Positions 7,469 to 16,623 are shown, counted from the stretch's first letter. The stretch is 20,783 bases of DNA from Promethearchaeota archaeon (GCA_011364925.1 RDOA01000058.1:1-20783), one strand, 5' to 3'. Translations and numbers: made by a program. Notes: generated by a model not told the origin, from the sequence alone.

Positions 7469-7999
7469 TTACACACCTCCAGTTTCTTTACTAATTTCTT
7501 TTGCTAATTTAACGAGGTCAAAAAACGCAACAGCATATTGGAGATCACCTTCAATCTTAAGATTCCCACTTAGAAATTCTGCAAAGGGTTCAAAACTTCC
7601 TTTAAAAATTTGAATCATTGTTTTTTGAGTACAAATTACTGTGAATGTTGGATTATCTTTTTCTCCTTTATCGCATAAGTAAACTCCATTTCCAAATTCA
7701 ACCCAGAAATTAAAATCAGAGTTTAAAATTTTGCCTTGAAAAGTTTTTATTTTAAAATAATCCAGTTCTTCTTTGAATTCTTCGTTTTCTAAGGCTAATT
7801 TCTCAATAGATTTGTTTAATTTCATAATTTTTCTCTTAGTACAACAATTCTCACATAGAAATTCATTAATCGAAATAACTCCACAATGTTCCATATAACA
7901 TTCTATTTGATTAGTTTCACCGTTAACAGTAATACTATGAGCACATTTTAATGGTAACGTTTCTATTTCGTTTCCACAACCACTGCATATTAAACTAAT
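7469..7999 (-). CDS. Cys-rich putative Zn-binding domain fused to an SCP2 lipid-carrier domain, ~176 aa
   Basis: C-terminal SCP2 signature (PTFTV...F.G...P...FLSGNLKIEGDL..A). The frame is open 35 codons above the track ATG and adds a CSGC motif. Probable ATT start at 7999 after AGGTG (8008-8012). Confidence 0.8.
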   Translation of the reverse strand: MSLICSGCGNEIETLPLKCAHSITVNGETNQIECYMEHCGVISINEFLCENCCTKRKIMKLNKSIEKLALENEEFKEELDYFKIKTFQGKILNSDFNFWVEFGNGVYLCDKGEKDNPTFTVICTQKTMIQIFKGSFEPFAEFLSGNLKIEGDLQYAVAFFDLVKLAKEISKETGGV

Positions 8000-8186
8000 T
8001 TTGAAAACACCTTTTCGTTGAATTATAATTCGTACGATTACAAAAGATAGCTAATACAGTTATTAAAAGTGTGGGCTTAGAAATATAATGTTTTAAACTG
8101 TTATGACTATTAGTTTGGTGTAAAATTCTAAAAAAATTTTTAGAATGTAAAAAATCCCTAAATTTAGGGTGAAAAGGATTGTAGGG

Positions 8187-8696
8187 TTATTCTCGAATGA
8201 ACTTCAATACTTCTTTCATAAAGTCTGGTAGATCATCTGGAGTTCTTGATGTTATCAAATTTCCATCAACTACTACCGATAAATCTTCAAATTTTGCCCC
8301 CGCATTAATCATATCGTCTTTGATCGCAAAATAACTTGTCGCTCTTTTTTCTTTTATGACCTTTGAGGATATCAATACCCATCCTGCGTGACAGATTGCC
8401 CCTACGAGTTTGTGTTGTTGGTCAATTGTATGTACGAAATTAAGGATATCTTTATTTCTTCTTAAGTGATCAGGATTTTTAGTTCCTCCCGGAATGATTA
8501 CGCCATCGTAATCATTGGCGCTTACTTCGTCTATTCGAAAAGTAGGTTTTATTTCGTACCCAAATTTCCCACTAATTGGTCTTCTACCGAGACTAATAAT
8601 AACACTCTCGTGACCAGCTTCTTTTAATCGATAAAAGGGGTAAAGAAGTTCTGCTTCCTCAAATCCATCTGTAGCTATAATTGCTATTTTTGCCAA
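8187..8696 (-). CDS. pfpI: PfpI/DJ-1 family protein (type 1 glutamine amidotransferase-like protease/deglycase)
   Basis: DGFEEAEL, YDGVIIPGG, AICHAG nucleophile elbow, VVVDGNLITSRTPDDLPDF. Start is TTG 8696 or TTG 8714. Confidence 0.93.
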   Translation of the reverse strand: MAKIAIIATDGFEEAELLYPFYRLKEAGHESVIISLGRRPISGKFGYEIKPTFRIDEVSANDYDGVIIPGGTKNPDHLRRNKDILNFVHTIDQQHKLVGAICHAGWVLISSKVIKEKRATSYFAIKDDMINAGAKFEDLSVVVDGNLITSRTPDDLPDFMKEVLKFIRE

Positions 8697-8840
8697 TAAG
8701 TTTCCATCTCTCAAACATTAATTCTGTTTTCAAATCTCTTATTAAAACAAGAGCTTATAATATTTGATAATTTGGATTATAATTTATCAGTAATCGCTAG
8801 TTTAACAAATTTTATATCTGAAAACACCATAATTCTTTAT

Positions 8841-9170
8841 ATGAGTATCAAGGTAAATGATTATATAGAAAAGTTAAAATCTCCTCAAAAGGAGATATGT
8901 AAGAAGTTAAGAAGTATTATACTAAGCAACTACCCTTCAATAAATGAAGGAATGAAGTATGGAGTTCCTTACTACAACGACAATTTCTATATTGTGGCTT
9001 TAAAAAACCAGGTGAATCTTGGATTTTCAATAAAAAACTTAACTGCCAAAGAAATCGCTCTTTTCGAAGGAGACGGTAAAACTATGAGGCACATTAAGGT
9101 TAGGGCTCTTGGTGAAATAGACGATAAAAGAATCATCAAACTGCTTGATTTGGTTCATTTAAAAAACTAA
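8841..9170 (+). CDS. DUF1801 (YdhG-like) protein
   Basis: V.DYI......KEI..KLR.II....P...E.MKYGVPYY...VNLGF...GDGKTMRHIKV. ATG 8841 has no SD and lies ~25 nt after a TTTTATAT box, so it may be leaderless. Confidence 0.85.
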   Translation: MSIKVNDYIEKLKSPQKEICKKLRSIILSNYPSINEGMKYGVPYYNDNFYIVALKNQVNLGFSIKNLTAKEIALFEGDGKTMRHIKVRALGEIDDKRIIKLLDLVHLKN

Positions 9171-9979
9171 TTTCTTGAAATATAATACCGAAATTTGCCA
9201 CTTGGATCATCAATTTGCCAAGCTTGGAAAAAGTCAAATGATTCTTTCGTGTCCCATAAATTTTCAATATTTTGAATTCCTTCGTATAGGTCAGTTAAGA
9301 GAGAAATATCACATGGATAATTTCTATGGGAGGGGTAAAGTTCGACTTTCTTATTTTTTTTACAGATGTCAATTAATTTTATAAGTGAACTCAAGACTAT
9401 TGGAAACTCTTCTCTTTTTGGTAGAAATTGATCTCCATAATAAGCCACATCTCCAGTAAAAAGTTCCCCTGTGGAGGTTAATAAGCATATAGAACCTGGA
9501 GAATGCCCTGGGCAATGTATGACTTCCGCTATGATCTCACCTAAGTCAAAAACATCTCCATCTTTTAACGGAACGACTTCTTTTGCGGGTGGAATCAAAA
9601 AATTCTGCTCTGCGTATTTTTTGACAATTTCATTAGGAGAATCTTTGAAGTAGGAGACATCGTAAGGTTTTGAGATAACATCAATTTCATTTTCGTGGAT
9701 GTAAACCTTTTCAAACTCTACATTCCCTAGCGGGTGATCCCAATGAAAGTGACTATTCAAAACTAAGAGATCCCTTTTATCGATCAATTCATTGACGATT
9801 GGTCTTATGGGAAATAAACCGCACCCTGTATCGAGTAAAAGGGCAGTGTCAGTCCCCAAAAGCAGGTAGATGTTTAAAGGATCGTTTGTATACACATTAT
9901 TTACAAGAGATATGTTTTCTTTTATAACAAATAAGTAATCTTTGTGCTTTGAAATCTCAAAATGATTTTTTCTGCTCAT
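9167..9979 (-). CDS. MBL-fold metallo-hydrolase
   Basis: LLDTG, SHFHWDH (HxHxDH), PGHSPGS, LFTGD and PSH metal-ligand motifs. Confidence 0.92.
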   Translation of the reverse strand: MSRKNHFEISKHKDYLFVIKENISLVNNVYTNDPLNIYLLLGTDTALLLDTGCGLFPIRPIVNELIDKRDLLVLNSHFHWDHPLGNVEFEKVYIHENEIDVISKPYDVSYFKDSPNEIVKKYAEQNFLIPPAKEVVPLKDGDVFDLGEIIAEVIHCPGHSPGSICLLTSTGELFTGDVAYYGDQFLPKREEFPIVLSSLIKLIDICKKNKKVELYPSHRNYPCDISLLTDLYEGIQNIENLWDTKESFDFFQAWQIDDPSGKFRYYISRN

Positions 9980-10085
9980 AATATCTTAACAATAGTGAAT
10001 TAATTTAAACTATAAATTATTTTCATCATATTAGATTTTTATACTTAACACTAAGTTTTGAGATCAAACGGTTTAAGGAGAATTA

Positions 10086-11393
10086 ATGATGACGGATTGG
10101 AAATACGACTACTCTCAAAAAGTCACCTCCAAAGAAGAAGCAATTTCCCAGATCAAATCTGGAGATACAATAGTGTTTGGTCATGCGGCTGGAGAACCTA
10201 CAACCTTGGTAGATGAGCTTGTAAGACAAAAAGACCGCTTTAGAGATGTTAAGATAATTCATATGGTTCCACTTGGAGAGTCTAAATATTGTCTTCCCGA
10301 AATGAAAGAAAATTTTAGACACATCTCCTTATTTGCTGGCGCAACAACACGAAAGGCGATAAGAGAGGAAAGAGCAGATTACACTCCTGTATTCTTTTCA
10401 GAAATCCCACGCCTTTTTAGGGATCGCATAATCCCTATCGATATTGCATTAATCCAACTATCACCTCCGAACAAAGATGGAGACATGAGTTTCGGTGTTT
10501 CAGTCGATTATACTCTACAAGCTTCAAAATCAGCAAGGTTAGTTATTGCTGAAGTGAATAAACAGATGCCTAGAACGATGGGCAAAACAATTCATTTTTC
10601 ACAAGTCGATTTTATTGTTGAGACAGATAGACCATTACACGAACTTGATCCTCCAATAATCACGGAAATTGAGGAAAAAATAGGTCGAAATATTGCTTCA
10701 TTGGTTCCGAATAACGCAAACCTTCAGTTAGGAATTGGAGCAATCCCGGATGCAGCATTAAAATTTTTACCGGACAAGAGAGATTTGGGTATTCACTCAG
10801 AAATGTTTTCTGATGGTGTTGTTGACCTCTACGAGAAGGGAATCATTACAAACAAATACAACAATTTAAATCCCGGCAAATTTACAGCCACTTTCTTAAT
10901 GGGAACAAAAAAGCTCTATCAGTTTGTCGATAACAATCCAGATGTAGAGATGTATCCAGTAGATTATACAAATAATGTGATGAACGCTGGAAAAGTTCAA
11001 AATTTAATATCAATAAATTCAGCTCTCCAAGTTGATTTGTTTGGCCAAGTTTGCGCTGATACTTTAGGATATCAGCAGTTTTCTGGTGTAGGAGGGCAGG
11101 TAGATTTTGTTCGAGCATCTAGTTTATCGCCAGGAGGTAAATCTATAATTGCTTTACCATCAACAAATAAAACTGGAACAGTCAGTAGAATTGTTGCGAA
11201 ATTTTACGATGGGTCGTGCGTCACTACCTCTCGTAATGATGTCCATTACGTGGTAACTGAGTATGGCATTGCAAACTTACGAGGCAAAACGATTTGCGAA
11301 CGAGCAAAAAAGTTGATTGAGATTGCTCATCCCAGTTTTCGCGATCAGCTTAAAAAAGAGTTTTGCGAGCTTTCTGGTTACAAAATTGATTAG
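10086..11393 (+). CDS. Acetyl-CoA hydrolase/transferase family CoA-transferase (4-hydroxybutyrate/butyryl-CoA transferase-like)
   Basis: LQLGIGAIP, GIHSEMFSDG (catalytic Glu), SINSALQVDL.GQ, SGVGGQVDF, VVTEYGIA.LRGK. AAGGAG SD. Confidence 0.93.
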   Translation: MMTDWKYDYSQKVTSKEEAISQIKSGDTIVFGHAAGEPTTLVDELVRQKDRFRDVKIIHMVPLGESKYCLPEMKENFRHISLFAGATTRKAIREERADYTPVFFSEIPRLFRDRIIPIDIALIQLSPPNKDGDMSFGVSVDYTLQASKSARLVIAEVNKQMPRTMGKTIHFSQVDFIVETDRPLHELDPPIITEIEEKIGRNIASLVPNNANLQLGIGAIPDAALKFLPDKRDLGIHSEMFSDGVVDLYEKGIITNKYNNLNPGKFTATFLMGTKKLYQFVDNNPDVEMYPVDYTNNVMNAGKVQNLISINSALQVDLFGQVCADTLGYQQFSGVGGQVDFVRASSLSPGGKSIIALPSTNKTGTVSRIVAKFYDGSCVTTSRNDVHYVVTEYGIANLRGKTICERAKKLIEIAHPSFRDQLKKEFCELSGYKID

Positions 11394-11438
11394 AAATATA
11401 TTGAGTTAGAAATTAAAATAAAAAATTGAACGAGAATT

Positions 11439-12200
11439 ATGGTGGATTACAAATTTTGGCTTACAAGGTTAAAAGATGAGGTTTATTGGCTTTACTTAAA
11501 TAATATTAATAACAAAAATGCTTTTGATCTTGCGGTAGTAAAGGAAATGGAGCAAATACTTGAAAGTGAAATTAAACCAAATAATAAAATCCGAGCATTG
11601 GTAATCACTACCTCATTAGACGATGTTTTTACTGTTGGACTTGATATAAAATGGCTTGTAACTCTTGAAGAATCAAAAGCAAGGGATATGACTAACCAAC
11701 TACAGAAATTATTTAAAAAAGTTGAAACTTTACCAATACCCGTCATTGCAGCTGTTAAAGGGTTAAATTTTACAGCAGGTTTTGAGCTTATGCTATGTGC
11801 TGATATAATTATCGCTGCGGATAATACAAAATTCGGGCAAGTTGAAACTAAATGGGGAATGGTCCCTGCAGGTGGATCAACTCAAAGATTGATTCGTTTA
11901 GTTGGTCCAATGAAAGCAAAAGAGTTAATTTACACTTCAAAGATCATTACTGCTTCAGAGGCTTTAAGGATTGGTTTAGTAAATGAACTTGTACCGTTAG
12001 CAGAACTTGAGACGAGAGTAAACGAATTAGCTAAGGACATAATAAAATGCTCCGGTAAAGCTATTGAACTCTCCAAACAATTGATCCAAATGGGAATCTA
12101 TAGCAACGAAGAAGGATTCCAAATGGAAGTAGAAGCGTTTCAAGAACGATTTTTTTCTGGAGAACCAAAAAGAAAATTAAGAGAATTCTTAAATAAATAA
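11439..12200 (+). CDS. Enoyl-CoA hydratase/isomerase (crotonase)
   Basis: F.VGLDI, PVIAAVKG...AGFEL...AD, FGQVE..WG..PAGG.TQRL.RLVG. Both catalytic Glu positions are present. Confidence 0.93.
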   Translation: MVDYKFWLTRLKDEVYWLYLNNINNKNAFDLAVVKEMEQILESEIKPNNKIRALVITTSLDDVFTVGLDIKWLVTLEESKARDMTNQLQKLFKKVETLPIPVIAAVKGLNFTAGFELMLCADIIIAADNTKFGQVETKWGMVPAGGSTQRLIRLVGPMKAKELIYTSKIITASEALRIGLVNELVPLAELETRVNELAKDIIKCSGKAIELSKQLIQMGIYSNEEGFQMEVEAFQERFFSGEPKRKLREFLNK

Positions 12201-12318
12201 TACAAGTTGGAGTTAGGTTTTATAATTCTCTATAACACGAATGACTTTATCTTTTAGGATAATTTAAATTTTAATATAGATTTAAAAAATAAAATTAAAA
12301 ATAATTGAATGTGATTTT

Positions 12319-13473
12319 ATGGAATTTACGCTTACTGAAAAACAAAAAATGCTAAAAAAAATAACAAGACAGTTTGCTGAAGAGTTTATTGTACCTGTTG
12401 CTCGAGAAAGCGATGAAAAACAAGAATTAGACGATACAGTTTATCAGAAAATGAAGGAAATGAACTATTTTGGTGCTTGTATTCCAGAAGAATATGGTGG
12501 AGCGGGTCTTCATAACGATACTATAGGATTTGGCATTGTTATTGAAGAAATTTCGCGTGCTGATGCTGCGTGGGGTATTACTATTGCGGTCCATAATGGT
12601 GTTGCTGCGTATCCGATTTATAAATATGGAACTGAGGACCAAAAACAAGAATTCCTTATAGATCTTGCGAAAGGTAATAAAGTGGGAGCTTTTTGCCTTA
12701 CTGAGCCTAATGCTGGAAGTGATGCAGCGGGAGTTCGATTAACAGCAGTAAAAGATGGAGATGAGTATGTCTTAAATGGTACCAAAATATTTGCAACATC
12801 TGGTGGTATCGCAGGAACGCTACTAGTGGTAGCTAAAACTGGCGAAAAGGATAGTAGGAAGCAAATGACAGTTTTTCTTGTAGATTCTAAAACTCCTGGT
12901 TACTCCGTTGGAGTAAAAGAAGATAAAATGGGAGTTCGAGCGTCAAATACCTCAGAACTAGTATTTCAAGATGTCAGAGTACCCGAAGAAAATATTTTAG
13001 GAGGAGCGGGAGAGGGATTTAAGATGGCGATGAAAATTCTGGACTTTGGGAGAATTGGTATCGCTGCTCAATGTGTTGGTTTAGGACAAGCAGCACTGGA
13101 AGCTTCAATTAAGTACGCGAATGAGAGAGTTCAATTTAATCAACCTATAGGAAGATTCCAAGCGATTCAATGGAAAATTGCTGATATGGCAATTGCTATT
13201 GAATCTGCTCGATTATTCACTTACAAGGCAGCTTATTTACACGATAAAGGCGAACAATTTGGAATGGCGAGCTCTATGGCAAAATTAACTGCATCTGAAG
13301 CTGCAATGCAAGCTGCTCATGGCGCCGTTCAAATCCATGGTGGTTATGGATTAATGAAAGCTTACCCTGTAGAGCGATATTTTAGAGATGCAAAGATGGG
13401 TGAAATATACGAAGGTACTAGTGAAATTCAGAGATTAGTAATTGCTAATAACTTACTTCGAAAAGGAGCTTAG
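12319..13473 (+). CDS. Short-chain acyl-CoA dehydrogenase (butyryl-CoA dehydrogenase-like)
   Basis: FCLTEPNAGSD, LNGTKIF, KMGVRAS, RVQF..PI, QIHGGYG, EIYEGTSEIQR (catalytic Glu). Confidence 0.95.
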   Translation: MEFTLTEKQKMLKKITRQFAEEFIVPVARESDEKQELDDTVYQKMKEMNYFGACIPEEYGGAGLHNDTIGFGIVIEEISRADAAWGITIAVHNGVAAYPIYKYGTEDQKQEFLIDLAKGNKVGAFCLTEPNAGSDAAGVRLTAVKDGDEYVLNGTKIFATSGGIAGTLLVVAKTGEKDSRKQMTVFLVDSKTPGYSVGVKEDKMGVRASNTSELVFQDVRVPEENILGGAGEGFKMAMKILDFGRIGIAAQCVGLGQAALEASIKYANERVQFNQPIGRFQAIQWKIADMAIAIESARLFTYKAAYLHDKGEQFGMASSMAKLTASEAAMQAAHGAVQIHGGYGLMKAYPVERYFRDAKMGEIYEGTSEIQRLVIANNLLRKGA

Positions 13474-13632
13474 ATGACACAAATGATTTTCATTATTATT
13501 ATGTAACTAATTTTTCTTTCATATTTGTGTTTTAATAACGGTAAAATTTATTTTTCCTAAATAAATTATTCGTTTTAACATAAATTTGATAATTTTAATT
13601 CTAAAACAAGCTAAATAAAAGAGGATTTCGAT

Positions 13633-14439
13633 TTGAAAATATTTGTTTGTGTGAAACAAGTACCAGGCGTATCAGAGATAAAAATAGATCCAAAAACAAA
13701 TACGCTTGTAAGAGAGGGGGTTGAATCCGTAATAAATCCCAACGATCGAAATGCCATTGAATTAGCTTTAACACTTAAAGAAAAGCATGGCGCAGAAGTT
13801 TTAGTTCTTAGTATGGGACCTCCTCAGGCAGAGGAAATACTACGGGAAAGTATAGCAATGGGAGCAGACAAAGGTTTTTTATTAACGGATAGAGCTTTTG
13901 CTGGTGCAGACACGCTTGCAACATCCTATACTCTATCATTAGCAATTAAAAAGATACTAAAAGAATCAGATCCTGAGGAAAAATATCTTGTTATATGTGG
14001 AGCTCAAGCAATTGATGGAGATACAGGACAAGTTCCACCAGAGTTAGCTGAAGAATTAGGAATTCCACAAATTGCGTACGTTTTGAGTATAGAATTAAAC
14101 GAGGATAAAATTGTAGCTGAAAGGAAATTCAGAGCTGTAGAAATAGTAGTAATTGAAACTAAACTTCCAGCACTAATATCAGTTTTAAATGACATCAATA
14201 AACCTAGATATCCTAGTATGGCAGGAATATTGAAAGCTCACGACAATTCAAAAATCACATATTATAACGCCCAAGATTTAAATGCTGACGAGGCGAAAAT
14301 TGGATTAAATGGGTCAAGTACTGAGGTTTGGAAGATTTTTGCCCCCGAGAGAAAGGGTAACCGCGTTATTTTAAGAGGAACCCTAGAAGAAATTGTCCAG
14401 CAATTATGTCAAAATTTAAAAGATGACAAAATTCTTTAG
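13633..14439 (+). CDS. etfB: Electron transfer flavoprotein beta subunit
   Basis: VCVKQVP, INPND..AIE, SMGP, DRAFAGADTLATS, QAIDGDTGQV, PRYPS. TTG start after GAGGA. Confidence 0.95.
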   Translation: MKIFVCVKQVPGVSEIKIDPKTNTLVREGVESVINPNDRNAIELALTLKEKHGAEVLVLSMGPPQAEEILRESIAMGADKGFLLTDRAFAGADTLATSYTLSLAIKKILKESDPEEKYLVICGAQAIDGDTGQVPPELAEELGIPQIAYVLSIELNEDKIVAERKFRAVEIVVIETKLPALISVLNDINKPRYPSMAGILKAHDNSKITYYNAQDLNADEAKIGLNGSSTEVWKIFAPERKGNRVILRGTLEEIVQQLCQNLKDDKIL

Positions 14440-14452
14440 GAGGTCACCACGA

Positions 14453-15655
14453 ATGAGTATTCTTATCGACGATGAATTGTGTACTGGTTGTGGAAGTTGT
14501 GTTAATAACTGTCCCTATTCTGCAATTGAATTAGTGAACAATAAAGCTAAAATTTTACCTTCTTGTAATCTTTGCGGTGCTTGCGTAGAACCTTGTCCTG
14601 TCGAGGCAATTACGCTTAAACGTGGCGCACAAAAGGCAGCGAAAGTCGACTTTTCTCAGTTTAAAGGAGTTTGGGTTATTACTGAACATTATAAAAACAT
14701 AATTCACAATGTAGCGTTCCAATTATTAGGAAAAGGGCGTGAATTGTCTGACATATTAGGCGTTGATCTAACGTTCGTTATATTAGGCGCTAATTTCGAC
14801 AATGAATTGGATGAAATAAGCAAATACGGCATGGATAAGATAATATATGTGAAATCCCCGATTTTAAAGCATTATTATTCCGATTTGTATGTGAAAGTTT
14901 TATCAGAATTAATTATTGAGAATAAGCCAGAGATTATTTTAATTGGAGCTACTCCTACAGGAAGAGATTTTGCTCCCCGAATCGCAAAAAAACTTAATGC
15001 AGGCTTAACTGCAGACTGTACCGGTTTAGCTATAAATCCTGAAACGATGAATTTACTTCAAACGCGTCCAACTTTTGGGGGTAATATCATGGCGACTATT
15101 AGGAATCCTAATAGTAGACCTCAAATGGCAACAGTGAGACCCGGGATTTTTAAAGAACCCCAAAAAGTAGAAAAAAAAGTATCTGTCAAGAAAATTGATT
15201 ATGCATTTGAAGAGAAGGATTCTGTTTCGAAGATAATAAAAGTTATCAATACTAGCAAAACTCATGTAAATCTGGAAGATGCAAAGATTATTGTAGCGGG
15301 TGGACGAGGAGTAGGATCGAAAGAGAAGTTTAAGCTTATTGAAGAATTAGCTGATGTATTAGGGGCTGAACTAGGTGGATCTAGAATTACTGTTGAGTTA
15401 AATTGGCTTGATCCTGATCGCCAAATTGGACAAACAGGTGTAACCGTTTCACCAAAATTATATATAGCTTGTGGGATTTCTGGAGCAGTTCAACACATTG
15501 TTGGTATGGAGAATTCCGATGTCATTGTAGCTATTAATAAAGATCCTGATGCACCAATATTTCATATTGCTCATTACGGCATAGTAGGAGATCTTCACGA
15601 AATCCTCCCCATTCTAATAGAGGAGATAAAGACTATAAACTTAAATAAAGAATAA
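14453..15655 (+). CDS. etfA: Electron transfer flavoprotein alpha subunit with N-terminal 2x[4Fe-4S] ferredoxin domain
   Basis: CTGCGSCVNNCP and CNLCGACVEPCP, then GLTADCT, RPTFGG, GGRG, QIGQTG, GISGAVQH..GM. ATG 14453 follows GGAGGT; the track start at 14423 overlaps etfB. Confidence 0.95.
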   Translation: MSILIDDELCTGCGSCVNNCPYSAIELVNNKAKILPSCNLCGACVEPCPVEAITLKRGAQKAAKVDFSQFKGVWVITEHYKNIIHNVAFQLLGKGRELSDILGVDLTFVILGANFDNELDEISKYGMDKIIYVKSPILKHYYSDLYVKVLSELIIENKPEIILIGATPTGRDFAPRIAKKLNAGLTADCTGLAINPETMNLLQTRPTFGGNIMATIRNPNSRPQMATVRPGIFKEPQKVEKKVSVKKIDYAFEEKDSVSKIIKVINTSKTHVNLEDAKIIVAGGRGVGSKEKFKLIEELADVLGAELGGSRITVELNWLDPDRQIGQTGVTVSPKLYIACGISGAVQHIVGMENSDVIVAINKDPDAPIFHIAHYGIVGDLHEILPILIEEIKTINLNKE

Positions 15656-16217
15656 CTTTTAGAGAAAAAAAGATGTGAAAATCAAAACCGTCTAAATTCT
15701 CCAACTGTGGGCAGTAATACTTTTTTTAAATACTACGAAATTGTGATCTCTGAATAAGAGTTCAAAAAATAATAATTATAATTAAAGAGAAGGTAGTAGA
15801 ATAGAAAAAAAAAGTAATGGAATGCTAGTTTTTTTAGCGGGAAAAACTCATTCGTGGAGGAATAAATTATGGGCTAAAATCAAAACATTCCACTACAAGA
15901 TAGAAAATCGAAATTTTCTAACATAATATAGATTTTTTAGAATTTAAATTTATCGTTAATCGGCTAAATTTAGAAACGCTCTATTTGAATATTCAATAAA
16001 ATAGGATGATAATAGAATATTTGAAATATCATATCTCTTACTTTTATCGTATAATCGTAGATGCCCAAATAAATGCGAATATAACGCATAGATTTAATTA
16101 AAAAACAAAATTTTTCTTGAATTTCTTCAGACCTAATTCATTTTTTTCACACAATTTTAACCAGATTTAGGTGAAAAATTTTTAATCGATATGCAACTAG
16201 TAAACCAAAATCCGAAT

Positions 16218-16235
16218 TTATTAAGATCTTAATAA
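16218..16235. promoter_or_regulatory. Perfect 18-bp palindrome, possible operator
   Basis: TTATTAAGATCTTAATAA in the etfA-iorB gap. Confidence 0.35.
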
Positions 16236-16623
16236 GCATTAATTCTTTATTTAAAGTATGTTGAGTAGCTTATCTTAAAAATTATTGAGAATAGATGCAA
16301 AATTGAGATGAAAATATCCAAATAATTGCTAATTAGGTTTAGTAAATAACTTAAATTTGATTTAATCACCACATTTTCTTTCTTTCTACATCAAACTTCT
16401 TTATTTTTTTCGAGAGCTCAGTAAAAATTTGAACTAGTTAAATCCAATTTATTTTTCTAATTACTTTTTTTTGTCCTAATTCTCTGAATCCACATTTGGA
16501 AAATATATGTAGCTTCCCATTTTCTTCCCATTATCAACTTAAGGGAATAATTTAATTAAATTTAAGAGATTAAGAAAAACTAAAGAGAATATTATAAAAC
16601 CTATTTCTTAATGATATCTAATC

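Noticed and set aside
8772-8840. Track N-terminal extension of the DUF1801 ORF
   Set aside because: The domain begins at MSIKVNDYI (8841); the extension covers the likely promoter.
13471-13506. Possible TAG readthrough or a short ORF after the ACAD stop
   Set aside because: ACAD is already full length; the downstream frame closes after 10 codons.
15822-16101. Small + strand ORFs of ~31-34 aa in the gap
   Set aside because: No well-spaced SD and no motifs; expected by chance.
15656-16623. CRISPR array, IS element or tRNA in the long gap
   Set aside because: No regularly spaced direct repeats, terminal inverted repeats, transposase fragment or cloverleaf found by eye.
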